Shown: positions 25,671 to 33,785 of the stretch, piece after piece
Layout of the letters: the number at the start of each line of letters is the position of its first letter
How positions within the stretch are numbered: position 1 is the stretch's first letter
Source of the DNA: a virus
Direction: 5' to 3' (one strand)
DNA: 64,000 nt
Virus record (IMG/VR): IMGVR_UViG_3300030329_006380
Span: 1 to 64,000 of that record
Notes under the pieces: model-generated
Databases searched by the model: none
What the model was told of the DNA's origin: nothing
Seen by the model: the letters and a program-made list of their open reading frames with translations, nothing else
Translations under genes and position numbers: made by a program

Positions 25671-27052
25671 TTTCGTTTTCCTTTTTGCCTAAATTTTTTA
25701 TATTTGCTCCGAAGATCTTCTGAGGATTCTTTAAGAGTCTTTTGTATCTCAATTGGTTCTATTCCCTCGCCTTGTGGTAGAATTTTAATCTCTACACTTG
25801 AAGTATCCATAAATATGGGAAATACTATCCCATCTGCCCCATTTCTATTTTTAGCAATGAATATTCTCCCACTATTAGTATTTTTATCTTGTACTGTTCT
25901 GGATATTGAAAAAATTAGATCTGCAACAAAGCACTTGCTGAAAGCCTCTGATATCGACTCCATCGTAATAACCTCAGCATTTAATCCACTCCTATTGGTC
26001 TGACTAGCTGTCCATATCGGACATTCAAACTCTTGAGCCATCCCTCTCAGTTCTTCATAGATGGACTCTAGTTCATTTCTTTTCTCTTTTCTCCGCTCGG
26101 TTGGTCTCAATAAGTCACCATAGTCAACAATAATCATATCAATATCTCGCCCATGCATACGGAGTTTTTCTAGATGATTGACTATTGTTCTGGTACTGGC
26201 AGTCTTTGTAGGATATTCTTTAACTGTAAGACCACCTTCTATATTCTTTACTTTTTCTAATATCTCTTCCTTGCATGCATTTAGATTGCCTAGCTTAACT
26301 CCAGTCAGGCAACTATCGTATCTTCTGGCTACTACTGTATCTTGCAATTCCAGCGTATAGTGAATAACGGATTTGCCCTCTATGATCGCTTGTGTACCTA
26401 AATGCACCAAGGCCATAGATTTACCTGCTCCAGTGGGAGCAATTACAACCCCTAGCTCCCCTTTTCCCAAGCCACCACTTGTCAGTCTATCCATATCTTC
26501 CCAGCCCGTAGTAATGGGATTCCGCACTCTGGGAATATATCGGGTCTCAAAATCCTGAACGAATTCATATCCGAAATCATTATCGTTACCAAGCTTTAAA
26601 GCGTCATCAATCAATGTCTTGATCTCTTCAAAGGAAGAGTTGTTTAACAGATTAATAGATTTTAATATTGCTTCCTTTAGCTTTTGTTTTTTGCAAAAAT
26701 CTAAACTTGTATCCTTGATATACTCAGAGCCATCAACCTTTGTCCCTGAAGCGACAATTCTAGCAAAATAATCCCTAGTTTGCTGTTGAATAACTTCATT
26801 CTGGTCTTGCAATTCTGTGCGCAAGATTGAAACAAATATATCATATGTTGGATGAAGTTTATATTTTTCTTTGTATTCATAAATTTTTTCGCAAAAAATC
26901 TGCAAGTATTTCAATTCGAAAAAAGAAGGAGTTAGCACCTCTCCAATCTGATCGGCAAATGGTCGATCTTGCAGTATTAATTGGCATAAGTTTTCTTGAA
27001 AAGACTTTCCAAATTTCGAAAAATCTTCTTTTTTCGTCAAAGTCAGATTCAT
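25667..27052 (-). CDS. dnaB: Replicative DNA helicase (DnaB/T4 gp41-like)
   Basis: Walker A APTGAGKS, IIVDYGDLL, TASQTNR, IAKNRNG. Confidence 0.93.
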   Translation of the reverse strand: MNLTLTKKEDFSKFGKSFQENLCQLILQDRPFADQIGEVLTPSFFELKYLQIFCEKIYEYKEKYKLHPTYDIFVSILRTELQDQNEVIQQQTRDYFARIVASGTKVDGSEYIKDTSLDFCKKQKLKEAILKSINLLNNSSFEEIKTLIDDALKLGNDNDFGYEFVQDFETRYIPRVRNPITTGWEDMDRLTSGGLGKGELGVVIAPTGAGKSMALVHLGTQAIIEGKSVIHYTLELQDTVVARRYDSCLTGVKLGNLNACKEEILEKVKNIEGGLTVKEYPTKTASTRTIVNHLEKLRMHGRDIDMIIVDYGDLLRPTERRKEKRNELESIYEELRGMAQEFECPIWTASQTNRSGLNAEVITMESISEAFSKCFVADLIFSISRTVQDKNTNSGRIFIAKNRNGADGIVFPIFMDTSSVEIKILPQGEGIEPIEIQKTLKESSEDLRSKYKKFRQKGKRK

Positions 27053-27180
27053 TTTTTGCCTTAAAAAAGAAAAACCTCTCCATGAGGTTATTATAAAATC
27101 AATTCACCTCCCTATACAGGGGATCCATTAAGATTACGGTCTATATAACTGTGAGCACAGATAGAGGAAAGTCATCATTA

Positions 27181-27321
27181 CTAATTATCTTCATCATCTC
27201 TTTCCTCTTCATTTTTTTCAACAAAATTTACATTACAAGTGATAAAGATCAGCATACCCGATACAATCATAAAACAAATTATTAGTCTACCAACTAAGTC
27301 TAAAATTTCTAATGTTGTCAT
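27181..27321 (-). CDS. Small membrane protein (46 aa, missing from the ORF track)
   Basis: MTTLEILDLVGRLIICFMIVSGMLIFITCNVNFVEKNEEERDDEDN; GGAGG SD. Confidence 0.6.
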   Translation of the reverse strand: MTTLEILDLVGRLIICFMIVSGMLIFITCNVNFVEKNEEERDDEDN

Positions 27322-27339
27322 TTTTACCTCCATTGAAAA

Positions 27340-27413
27340 CACACCCATCAGGACTCGAACCTGAAACCTACGGCTTAGAAGGCCGTTGCTCTATCCAATT
27401 GAGCTATGGGTGC
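27340..27413 (-). tRNA. tRNA-Arg (anticodon UCU)
   Basis: Full cloverleaf GCACCCA-TA-GCTC..GAGC-A-ACGGC-CTTCTAA-GCCGT-AGGTT-TCAGG-TTCGAGT-CCTGA-TGGGTGT-G; CCA not encoded. Confidence 0.97.
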
Positions 27414-27426
27414 CGGCCGACATTAG

Positions 27427-27454
27427 TAAGACGCGTGAATGCAATTTTTATTCA
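27427..27454 (-). promoter_or_regulatory. Bipartite repeat element copy E (TGAATAA-N14-CGTCTTA) upstream of tRNA-Arg
   Basis: TAAGACG 27427-27433, TTATTCA 27448-27454, 14-nt gap; 13 nt before the tRNA 5' end. Confidence 0.65.
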
Positions 27455-28431
27455 TGAGAAAATGATTTTTCCACAGATATTTTCTTCGAGCACGTAAAAA
27501 GCTCTTCCCAGTTGTAACTTCCCACCCCATCCTCCAGCATCAAACCCAGAAGAGCAGTCTTGTTAAAGTCTCTATAGGGAATAGAAACCTTGTTTTTTAT
27601 CTGCTTGCTGGTCTGCGGGGATATGACCGGCGAATACAACTGCATTAATTTATAATTGTCCAAGATGGTCTTTTTTTCTTCAATAATCCTTTCATGAATC
27701 TTAAGTCTCTTTTCCTGCTCCATACAGAACTCAACCACAGACTTGGTTTCATGAAATTTTTCTTCTTTAAGAAAAGGAAACCGCTTGGCTATAGTTGCCA
27801 AACCTGCGCCTTTAATACCTTGGATATTATCAGATTTATCACCAGCTATAGCACGTGCAAGAGCGAAATTATTTGGATGGATCCCAAATTTCTCCACTAC
27901 TGCATTCATGTTCAGTATTTCATTAACTATTGGACGCATAAGTACTGTCTCTTTGTCCAGTAGTTGGATAAAATCTTTATCCATAGACACTATAACTTTC
28001 TGAGATCCTTTATACTCGGGGAGGCCAACAACATATGCAATGACATCATCTGCTTCTAAACCCTCAAATACCAACTGGATTACAGGAAGAGTATTTAGAT
28101 ACTCAATGATTCTAAATTGTTGCCATGTTCTATTTTGGATCTCCTGATCCTCGGTTAAGTTTTTAATATTTCTATTTAACCGCAGGGGTTTGCGACCCTC
28201 TTTGTAGTTTTTGTTAGCCTGCTTGCGGCGCTGACTTCCACCGGTGCCGTCCCAGCAGATCACAATCTCATCTGGTTTTACCTCTCGGATAGTCTTCTGC
28301 AAAGACTTTAAAAACCCCTGAACACCGCCGATTGGCTGGCCACCGGACGATATAGAGGGGTTAACTATGTAACTCCGAATAAACATATTCAGAGCATCAA
28401 CTATCAGCACTCTCTTCTTTGTCGACGTCAT
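27448..28431 (-). CDS. 5'-3' exonuclease / flap endonuclease (T4 RNase H-like)
   Basis: LIVDALN, CWDG, EADDVIA, SMDKDFIQL, GDKSDNIQGIKGAG. Confidence 0.93.
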   Translation of the reverse strand: MTSTKKRVLIVDALNMFIRSYIVNPSISSGGQPIGGVQGFLKSLQKTIREVKPDEIVICWDGTGGSQRRKQANKNYKEGRKPLRLNRNIKNLTEDQEIQNRTWQQFRIIEYLNTLPVIQLVFEGLEADDVIAYVVGLPEYKGSQKVIVSMDKDFIQLLDKETVLMRPIVNEILNMNAVVEKFGIHPNNFALARAIAGDKSDNIQGIKGAGLATIAKRFPFLKEEKFHETKSVVEFCMEQEKRLKIHERIIEEKKTILDNYKLMQLYSPVISPQTSKQIKNKVSIPYRDFNKTALLGLMLEDGVGSYNWEELFTCSKKISVEKSFSHE

Positions 28432-29521
28432 AAAAATCCTCTGCTTTCCCTTCTCTCTTCTCGAATTTTAAAATTACTTCTTCATCCATAATATCCATGA
28501 CTCTCTGTCTGAACTTGGGTTCTTGAAGTTTATCTAGCCAATTGGCTCTTTGAAACTTTGCTTCGGAGCCATCGTCCATCTTCATATAGAGCCATGACCC
28601 TCCAGAACGTAAGGAAGGTGAGCCCTTAATGGCCTCCAGCCATGACTGTTCATCTTGAATACCAACTTGTCCACCCCAAAGGATCTTAAAGGCACACTGT
28701 CGACCAGCAGATCCAAACCTACATTTCTGAAGTCTTACTTTGACTTCCGAACCAATCCTGAACCCATGTTTATCTTCAATAAAACTGGCTTTTGCCTTGC
28801 GACCTGTGAGCCAAATCCTCAGTGAATAAGCATAATTTAATGCTTTGCCGCCCGGAGTTACATATGGAGTGGTCAGCGCTTCAGACATATTGCGCGTGAT
28901 ATTTGCTTTTAATTGATTTAATACTAATAATGTAGATTGTGTATCAGCTATTGACAACAATAACTTTGACATGCCTTTTGCTAGGATACGAGCTTTAAGA
29001 GCCATTGAAGACTGAGGATTAAAGTCTCCCTCAATATCTCCAATAGCTGGGGTGAGTGCAAGTGAATCCCATACAAACAACATGCGGTTATTATTAGAAG
29101 ACAACAACTGTTCAATAGTTTCAAGAACGAATTCGACACTTTGAGCCTGTACGTAAATAAGTTTCTCTATATCGCAACCTGCGTTCTGCAGGAAGCTAGG
29201 ATCGATAGCACTTTCGCTATCAAAATAAACAACATCCATACCCATCTTCTGGGCATTCGCAGCAACCATTGCTGCCATAAAAGATTTGCCGGTAGATTCT
29301 AAACCGGCAATTTCAGTAACTTTCCCAACTGGGATCCCCGCCAGTTTTCCTCGGGCTATGATCGAATCAAGCCACCTAGATCCTGTCGGGATCCAATCTT
29401 TAACCGTCGTGGGGTTCTCCTCAGTCAAGTCATGGGCAACTGTAATTCCGGCTTTTTTATTAATTAAAGATCTCATATCATCGATGGATAGACCTGTCTT
29501 GTCTTGTTTTTTTCTTGCCAT
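28397..29521 (-). CDS. recA: RecA/UvsX recombinase
   Basis: TEIAGLESTGKS, FDSE, VWDSL, LNQ, TPGGKAL. Confidence 0.93.
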   Translation of the reverse strand: MARKKQDKTGLSIDDMRSLINKKAGITVAHDLTEENPTTVKDWIPTGSRWLDSIIARGKLAGIPVGKVTEIAGLESTGKSFMAAMVAANAQKMGMDVVYFDSESAIDPSFLQNAGCDIEKLIYVQAQSVEFVLETIEQLLSSNNNRMLFVWDSLALTPAIGDIEGDFNPQSSMALKARILAKGMSKLLLSIADTQSTLLVLNQLKANITRNMSEALTTPYVTPGGKALNYAYSLRIWLTGRKAKASFIEDKHGFRIGSEVKVRLQKCRFGSAGRQCAFKILWGGQVGIQDEQSWLEAIKGSPSLRSGGSWLYMKMDDGSEAKFQRANWLDKLQEPKFRQRVMDIMDEEVILKFEKREGKAEDFYDVDKEESADS

Positions 29522-29531
29522 ACTCCTCCTT

Positions 29532-29555
29532 AAAAAAGGGGGGCTTTCGCCCCCC
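29532..29555 (-). terminator. Intrinsic terminator between ssb and recA
   Basis: GGGGGGC-GAAA-GCCCCCC followed by T6. Confidence 0.85.
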
Positions 29556-29567
29556 TTGGGTTAGGTA

Positions 29568-30305
29568 TTATGTCAACAATTCGTTGAAAGCTTTATCAAT
29601 TGATGAATCCGTGTTGTACTTTGTGGTCTCGGACGAAACCTCTTCAGCACCGTCTTCGGCAAGAAGGAACTCATCAAGCATAGATTGTACCTGTTCAGGT
29701 GTTTTACGCTCAAAGAGCCCAGAGATATCTGGCACAGAGCCCAGCAACTCTTTAGCTAGCTCATTATCTTCTACCATGGGCGAGGGGCGGCGACGAGGGG
29801 TGATCTTCGTCTGAGGGAATGATGCCCCTGCGGGTTTTCCATATTGGAGAACCAAATCAGTGCCACTATCAGCATCGGTAATATCGCCATACTCAGGATT
29901 AAGAACAAGGCCCAGGAGGGTTTCATAGACCTGCTTCCCATATCCCCAAATACGTACACCTTGAGACTCTTCGCCGCGAACAATCACAGGGGAGAAAAAG
30001 CGCTGGCGAGCGGACAAGGATTTAGCCATTTTAATGCTATCCTCAGACTTGTCTTTCCAGAGTTCTTTAACAAACTTATCAAGGGGATCATCCTCTCCAA
30101 AGTTTCTTTTGGGGCTGAGAAATCCGGGATTATCTCCCACATTATAGTGGAACCAATAATCCTTAAAAGGATCTCCATCAGCCGTTGGGACAAGACGAAT
30201 TGTCTGCTCTCCATCGGAAGGGCGCCAGAAGTAACTGCGATTGCCATTACCGCGATTCTTCAAGGCTGCGTACTTAGCTCTCATTTTTTTCATGTCGATA
30301 CCCAT
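29568..30305 (-). CDS. Single-stranded DNA-binding protein (gp32-like)
   Basis: FWRP...TIRLVP...WFHY...SPK...RFFSPVIVRGEE...IWGYGK...YGDITD; acidic C-terminus. Confidence 0.88.
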   Translation of the reverse strand: MGIDMKKMRAKYAALKNRGNGNRSYFWRPSDGEQTIRLVPTADGDPFKDYWFHYNVGDNPGFLSPKRNFGEDDPLDKFVKELWKDKSEDSIKMAKSLSARQRFFSPVIVRGEESQGVRIWGYGKQVYETLLGLVLNPEYGDITDADSGTDLVLQYGKPAGASFPQTKITPRRRPSPMVEDNELAKELLGSVPDISGLFERKTPEQVQSMLDEFLLAEDGAEEVSSETTKYNTDSSIDKAFNELLT

Positions 30306-30330
30306 AATAACCTCCTAAAGTTGTTGGGTT

Positions 30331-30378
30331 GGGTGAAATTACCCTATAGTATGCTTGGCCAATTTCCCAAGCATCTAT
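30331..30378 (-). promoter_or_regulatory. Structured ssb 5' leader (two hairpins with complementary loops)
   Basis: Stem AUGCUUGG/CCAAGCAU with loop GAAAUUGG; stem GGGU/ACCC with loop AAUUUC. Confidence 0.6.
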
Positions 30379-30382
30379 GAGT

Positions 30383-30411
30383 ATTATAGCAAACGATATG
30401 TTCGCTGTCAA
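30383..30411 (-). promoter_or_regulatory. Consensus sigma70 promoter for the ssb-recA operon
   Basis: TTGACA (30406-30411)-N17-TATAAT (30383-30388). Confidence 0.85.
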
Positions 30412-30414
30412 GTA

Positions 30415-31242
30415 TTAATTTTGAATTATGGAAGAGTAATTTAAGGTGTAGCAGTAATTCTGCTCATATGAGGTCGAAAAAATTCCAAAACCAGATTTAA
30501 TGTCTCCGGATGTAATCTTGACCTGCTCTGTTATATCTCTAAAAAGAGACCCTTTGGTCTCTAAATCTTTCTCTGAAATGGCATAATAATATTTTTTGTC
30601 GCGGATGCTCTCCAGAGGAAAAAATAATTTCTCCTCACCGGTTTCAATATTGACAATCCCTATAGTAGCTATTCTAGATATTTCAGAGACATCCGAAAAT
30701 GTTTCAACAATTGCTTTTGAATTTTCTAAAACATTAATCATATTGACTGAGGATGATATCATTTCATTTATGGAATCAAAATATTTCTTAATAGGTACAT
30801 CCCCTATTATATCGCTAACAAAATTATTGTGCACGAGAATAATATTTTTAAAAAGTCCGGATCTAGCATATTCTTGAAGTACATTAAACGTTACTCTCTC
30901 TTGTAGGCGTTTTATACCCGTTAATAATTGAACATCAGGTCTAATATATAATAAGCTTATATTACGATCTTTGATTGTCTCTAATAACCTCAATACCACT
31001 GCTGATACATGGCCGGATCCACCCAATATCAAACAAACGTCATCTTCGACATCTTGCAAAAAAGATGAGAAATCTGGGCAATTTTTTTCATATTTTTCTG
31101 GGTGGTCCTCAAAAGGTATTCTGAAGAAGTTGGCGCCAACCCTCTCTTCCGCGTCCATATATTTGACGGTGTACTGCGGAAAATATTCAAACTTTTTTGC
31201 AATTTCGCAACCGCAATTTCCTAGCCCTATGATACTATACAT
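30415..31242 (-). CDS. Divergent tubulin/FtsZ-like protein
   Basis: SIIGLGNCGCEIA (T1-like), LILGGSGHVS (degenerate T4 loop), IILVHN. Confidence 0.6.
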   Translation of the reverse strand: MYSIIGLGNCGCEIAKKFEYFPQYTVKYMDAEERVGANFFRIPFEDHPEKYEKNCPDFSSFLQDVEDDVCLILGGSGHVSAVVLRLLETIKDRNISLLYIRPDVQLLTGIKRLQERVTFNVLQEYARSGLFKNIILVHNNFVSDIIGDVPIKKYFDSINEMISSSVNMINVLENSKAIVETFSDVSEISRIATIGIVNIETGEEKLFFPLESIRDKKYYYAISEKDLETKGSLFRDITEQVKITSGDIKSGFGIFSTSYEQNYCYTLNYSSIIQN

Positions 31243-32452
31243 TTAATTTCCTCATTGCAGCGAAATTTTTCCCAGCCTTGATATTAACTTTAAAGTCTCC
31301 AAAAATCGTCCGGCGAAAAATTTCGACAATCTCCAAAACCAAATCTCGGTCAGAATCAGAAAAATCAATAACAATCGAATCATGCATGCAAAAAGCAATT
31401 TGAGAACTGGAATCTTTTAAAAAATCGTGAATCTTAACCATTTGCTGCAACATTAAATCAGATGTGGTGCTCTGAATGATATAGTTCACCGCTCGATAAT
31501 CATCACAGTCGATGGATCGCTCAAAGATGGTATTAACCTTTGAACCATCAAAGTATTTTTCTTTAACTGCATCGCGCTTATAAATCATGTCTGCTGTTCT
31601 GTGAGTTGCATTAGGATTGTAAAGCCATGCAAAGATTTTTTTCTTGGCTTCATCCCGCGAGATGTTTTCCCCACCAAAAATATTTTTCATGTTCCATTCG
31701 TGAATGTCTTCTTCTGGTTGTTTAACATTCAGGAGGCCCAAAACTGTTCTCAGTTCTGCTGCATTGAAATCCAATTCCAAAAACCAATCATTATTTGGCT
31801 TCAAAATCCCTCGAAATTTCTTATTCATGGTCAAGATAGGAAAAGAGTTCTTCATGGTTGACAGTCTTCCTGTTTTTGTACCAAAAATGTTATATAAGGG
31901 GGTATTTTTTGTGCTCTGGAGCCTCTTGAAGAAGTTCCGTGCCTCAATAGTCGATAGATGGCCACGAAGAGGTTTTTCGTCAATATTTAGCTCTCTAGCG
32001 CCAATTTCCTCAACAACCTTAGAAAGCTCATAAAGAAGGTCGTAGTTTTTGGGTTTTTCATATGTCTCGAAGACATGTTCACAAATTTCATTCTTGAGGT
32101 GACAATATTCGAGCAGAAATTTTTCTGGGATCATATCAAAAAAGCAAAAATCATCCATGGAAATTTTTGCTGTTGCAAAAGAGAGAAGAAACGCTTTCAA
32201 TTTCTTCGTCGCCTTGTTCCACTCTGGTTTTAAAAATTCTGGGCACACTTCATCAAGTTGTTTCCCATTGCAGTATAAACTGGCACACTCAACTTCATGA
32301 CCGTTTAGGTGTCGAGTATATTTCCATGTTTTTGTTAATTTTTTTCTAGAAGGTATTCTGGGGTGGATCGATCCATTCATGTAAATGCCGCGGCATTCTG
32401 CTTTATTGTCTAAAATCTGAAATAACACAATTCCCTCGCTATAAATTGACAT
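31235..32452 (-). CDS. Compact family-A DNA polymerase without exonuclease domains
   Basis: TGRLS, motif A LDFNAAELR, motif B RDEAKKKIFAWLY, AVNYIIQSTTSD, motif C MHDS. Confidence 0.8.
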   Translation of the reverse strand: MSIYSEGIVLFQILDNKAECRGIYMNGSIHPRIPSRKKLTKTWKYTRHLNGHEVECASLYCNGKQLDEVCPEFLKPEWNKATKKLKAFLLSFATAKISMDDFCFFDMIPEKFLLEYCHLKNEICEHVFETYEKPKNYDLLYELSKVVEEIGARELNIDEKPLRGHLSTIEARNFFKRLQSTKNTPLYNIFGTKTGRLSTMKNSFPILTMNKKFRGILKPNNDWFLELDFNAAELRTVLGLLNVKQPEEDIHEWNMKNIFGGENISRDEAKKKIFAWLYNPNATHRTADMIYKRDAVKEKYFDGSKVNTIFERSIDCDDYRAVNYIIQSTTSDLMLQQMVKIHDFLKDSSSQIAFCMHDSIVIDFSDSDRDLVLEIVEIFRRTIFGDFKVNIKAGKNFAAMRKLNV

Positions 32453-33779
32453 CCTGCATATAACTCGGGGTGATTATCGATGGACCTCTTATATTGTCGA
32501 TGATCTTGCTGTGCCTCGACTCTTCTAGGTACATCTCCGCCCCAAATTTTGCTCGGCGATATCGATTTTCCGAAATCGCCAGCACTTGATTGTCAGTATA
32601 GCGCAAAATGTTTCGATATGCAAGAAAAAAATCATTTCCACTCGAAGAAAGTGCTAATTTATACCTCCGAACTATATTTTCTTCCAATATCTGGAGGGAC
32701 CTAGGGTTTGGTTTAAATCTGACTTCCAATAAACGAACATGCAGATAAAATAATATCCAAAATATATCTGGGTATTTATTCTCGAATTCCTGCTGACTAA
32801 TCGGCTGACGGGGAACATGTGAAGTTGTAGCAGAGTAATTTTGAAACCTTTGAGAGGGGCGCATGGTACCATCAGCACACCCAATTAAATAATTTTTAGT
32901 TGCAAATGGAAACTCGTCAACAAACTCATTATACATATCAAAAAGCCCTTGCTTTATTAAAGATATATCTGCGGTATAAGCTTGAGTATAGTAACCACTA
33001 AATAATTCTGTAATGCTTCCTATACCATAAGGCTTCATAAACTCAAACATGTTAGCAGAACTAATGTCTGCTATTAATCTCCATGGACAATTTTTATCAA
33101 CGTAGAAACCAAACTTTCTAGCAGCATTAATATAAAAATTAAATGATGGATCCTTAATATAGTTCCTCATTTTTATCCAATCATCAGACTCAGGATTATC
33201 TGAGATGTCAATCATCAAACCGGAGATCCCAGAAGTACAATACTTAGATTTAATAAAACTGGACTTTGTTAAAGGATGCAACATGGCATTGCTGTATATA
33301 TATTTCCTGAATTCTCTGAAGAAGTCGTCAAACGTTGTAACCTTATTTTGCAACTCAGGATCTTCCATCAAATGGATGGTTGAGAAAGTGCCAATATATG
33401 ATTCCAAGTGATTTCTATAGAATACATTAGAGTTTTCATATGCTCTATGGGGAATAAAATCTCCAATGAAACTCCGTGAAATATTAATTTTCTTTAACAT
33501 CGATGCTTGCGCCATATGCTTACGCAAAGCCATGAAAGCATCAACAACAAAATCTAAGGCCCATAGTGATCTAATACCAGGATGAAAAAGTTTCAAGTTA
33601 TCTGCCTTAGGGTATATTGAATTAAATTTGTTATCAACTTTTCCATATAACGGATTTTCGTACAACAAATCCATCAATAAATATTCTTCAACCAGATTAT
33701 ATGCATTCTCTTGAAAATGCATTCTATTGTGAAAACTATCAAACGCTGTCATTTCATTGGTTGCACTAAAATCAGGCAT
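32439..33779 (-). CDS. Hypothetical protein
   Basis: 446-aa ORF continuing the baseplate region. Confidence 0.8.
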   Translation of the reverse strand: MPDFSATNEMTAFDSFHNRMHFQENAYNLVEEYLLMDLLYENPLYGKVDNKFNSIYPKADNLKLFHPGIRSLWALDFVVDAFMALRKHMAQASMLKKINISRSFIGDFIPHRAYENSNVFYRNHLESYIGTFSTIHLMEDPELQNKVTTFDDFFREFRKYIYSNAMLHPLTKSSFIKSKYCTSGISGLMIDISDNPESDDWIKMRNYIKDPSFNFYINAARKFGFYVDKNCPWRLIADISSANMFEFMKPYGIGSITELFSGYYTQAYTADISLIKQGLFDMYNEFVDEFPFATKNYLIGCADGTMRPSQRFQNYSATTSHVPRQPISQQEFENKYPDIFWILFYLHVRLLEVRFKPNPRSLQILEENIVRRYKLALSSSGNDFFLAYRNILRYTDNQVLAISENRYRRAKFGAEMYLEESRHSKIIDNIRGPSIITPSYMQDVNL

Positions 33780-33785
33780 CTTTGC

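Noticed and set aside
16030-27052. Inteins, introns or homing endonucleases in dnaE, nrdJ or the helicase
   Set aside because: Lengths are ordinary and motifs are contiguous; no LAGLIDADG/HNH insert or splice-junction signature was seen.
26877-27083. 68-aa minus-strand ORF overlapping the helicase start
   Set aside because: Almost wholly inside the helicase in another frame, low complexity, no family resemblance.
27312-27497. Plus-strand ORF over the tRNA
   Set aside because: It is the antisense translation of tRNA-Arg.
29548-29576. TTGACA at 29571-29576 as a recA promoter
   Set aside because: The position 17 nt downstream is GC-rich terminator stem with no -10 box.
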